A stretch of DNA of 63,137 nt, counting the filler, from Octopus bimaculoides (lineage: Eukaryota): the NCBI RefSeq assembly GCF_001194135.2. It is 4 parts of 4 records of this genome, joined end to end, with 100 filler letters (N's around TTAATTAATTAA, not from the genome) between each part and the next. Parts side by side here need not be neighbours in the genome. Positions count along the whole stretch, not along the records: positions 60,723 to 63,137 come from NC_069007.1; 3 more parts are not named here. One strand, given 5' to 3'. Both the position numbers and the translations under genes were made by a program. Shown in pieces: positions 61,705 to 63,137 of this stretch (its first letter is position 1; every line of letters starts with the position of its first letter). The notes beneath the pieces are model-generated. The model saw only the letters and a list, made by a program, of their open reading frames with translations, searched no databases and was not told the origin of the DNA.

Positions 61705-62907
61705 GTAGTATATTGCCACTTAANNNNNNNNNNNNNNNNNNNNNNNNNNNNNNNNNNNNNNNNNNNNNNNNNNNNNNNNNNNNNNNNNNNNNNNNNNNNN
61801 NNNNNNNNNNNNNNNNNNNNNNNNNNNNNNNNNNNNNNNNNNNNNNNNNNNNNNNNNNNNNNNNNNNNNNNNNNNNNNNNNNNNNNNNNNNNNNNNNNNN
61901 NNNNNNNNNNNNNNNNNNNNNNNNNNNNNNNNNNNNNNNNNNNNNNNNNNNNNNNNNNNNNNNNNNNNNNNNNNNNNNNNNNNNNNNNNNNNNNNNNNNN
62001 NNNNNNNNNNNNNNNNNNNNNNNNNNNNNNNNNNNNNNNNNNNNNNNNNNNNNNNNNNNNNNNNNNNNNNNNNNNNNNNNNNNNNNNNNNNNNNNNNNNN
62101 NNNNNNNNNNNNNNNNNNNNNNNNNNNNNNNNNNNNNNNNNNNNNNNNNNNNNNNNNNNNNNNNNNNNNNNNNNNNNNNNNNNNNNNNNNNNNNNNNNNN
62201 NNNNNNNNNNNNNNCAGCTGGAGGAGATGTCCTCCTGGGGCTAAAAGCAACAGTAACATCCACCCCTAGGGGTCAGCCACACTTAAGTGGCAATATACTA
62301 CACTTTATCGTGCAGTTACTGTTAATACTTCATTTAGAGAATTAACATTGCTTATATATATATATTTATATATATATATGTATCAGTCTATCTATCGATC
62401 TGTCCAGCTATCTATCGATCTGTCTCTATATATATATGGGAGATATATTGACACATTTGAATTCTGATGATTACTCCATGTATGAAAACGCTAATTTAAC
62501 TTTATGGGCATTACAGAAGATCTTTTTTAATATTAAAATAGCATAATAAAAAACGTGAAAACCAGGCCATATTATTCTATACACGTTCACACAAATTCGA
62601 AACAATATATGTATATACATAGATAAACTTATTTATATACTGAGGGTGATAAATTGAATATTAATTTCAATTTAAACCCAGTAGTATAGCATATAAAAAA
62701 ATCTGATAATTCAGAAAATTTGTATTGCATGCGTATAAGAAGGGATGACCACTAGGTGGACATCCAATATGCTAGAAAGAGGTCATCAACGACCCAACCA
62801 CAAAGAAAAAACCATGTTCTCCAGAAAAAAATTCACCATACACCAGAGCATAGGCGGGCAGGACAAAATGATTTTTCTTCGTAGTTGGGTCATCACTTCT
62901 TATACGC

Positions 62908-62956
<49 letters not shown>

Positions 62957-63137
62957 TGTCTGTGTCTGTGTCTGACGAAGGCTAGCATGTCGAAATTTCC
63001 AAGACTTGTCACCTGCTATTTTGTAAAACTATTGGAGATACATACTCTAAGCATTCTACACAAGATATCAAGTAATCTTTCTGTTGCATGAAAAAATTAA
63101 TTTTACTAGAAGTATATATAAACCCATACATTTATAC

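Noticed and set aside
205-63091. Most ORF-track entries (poly-HT, CV, YI, LS, poly-I/L/T/P and X-filled ORFs)
   Set aside because: They are translations of di-, tri- and tetranucleotide microsatellites or N runs, with no splice or domain support.

Overview
AT-rich, microsatellite-saturated eukaryotic (animal) genomic DNA with about 17 assembly gaps. The repeat families and their density suggest a coleoid cephalopod, most likely Octopus; this is inference, not a database result. Almost all ORFs in the supplied track are microsatellite or N-run artefacts, and the real genes are small spliced exons found by reading splice sites and phase. Gene 1 (+, core 19087-26795, about 363 aa from ATG 19091) is a proline-rich adaptor ending in an SH2 domain of the SLP-76/BLNK family, possibly with an N-terminal SAM-like exon at 18332-18443. 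Gene 2 (+, 51075 to at least 59127) starts with a SKAP1/SKAP2-like dimerisation helix, followed by several PxxPxR motifs and YDDI/YEIP/YAMM tyrosine motifs; no PH or SH3 domain is visible, but one exon is probably hidden in a gap. The rest is transposon debris: Tc1/mariner and hAT remnants and MITEs, an internally deleted LTR retrotransposon, an RLE-type (R4/Dong-like) LINE 3' end, a Penelope-like element, a Helitron end, at least five SINE-like families and several type I hammerhead ribozyme motifs. The best candidate for a novel system is the SLP-76-like plus SKAP-like adaptor pair in an invertebrate, with the caveat that scaffold linkers lie between the two genes. All reference-protein comparisons are from memory.
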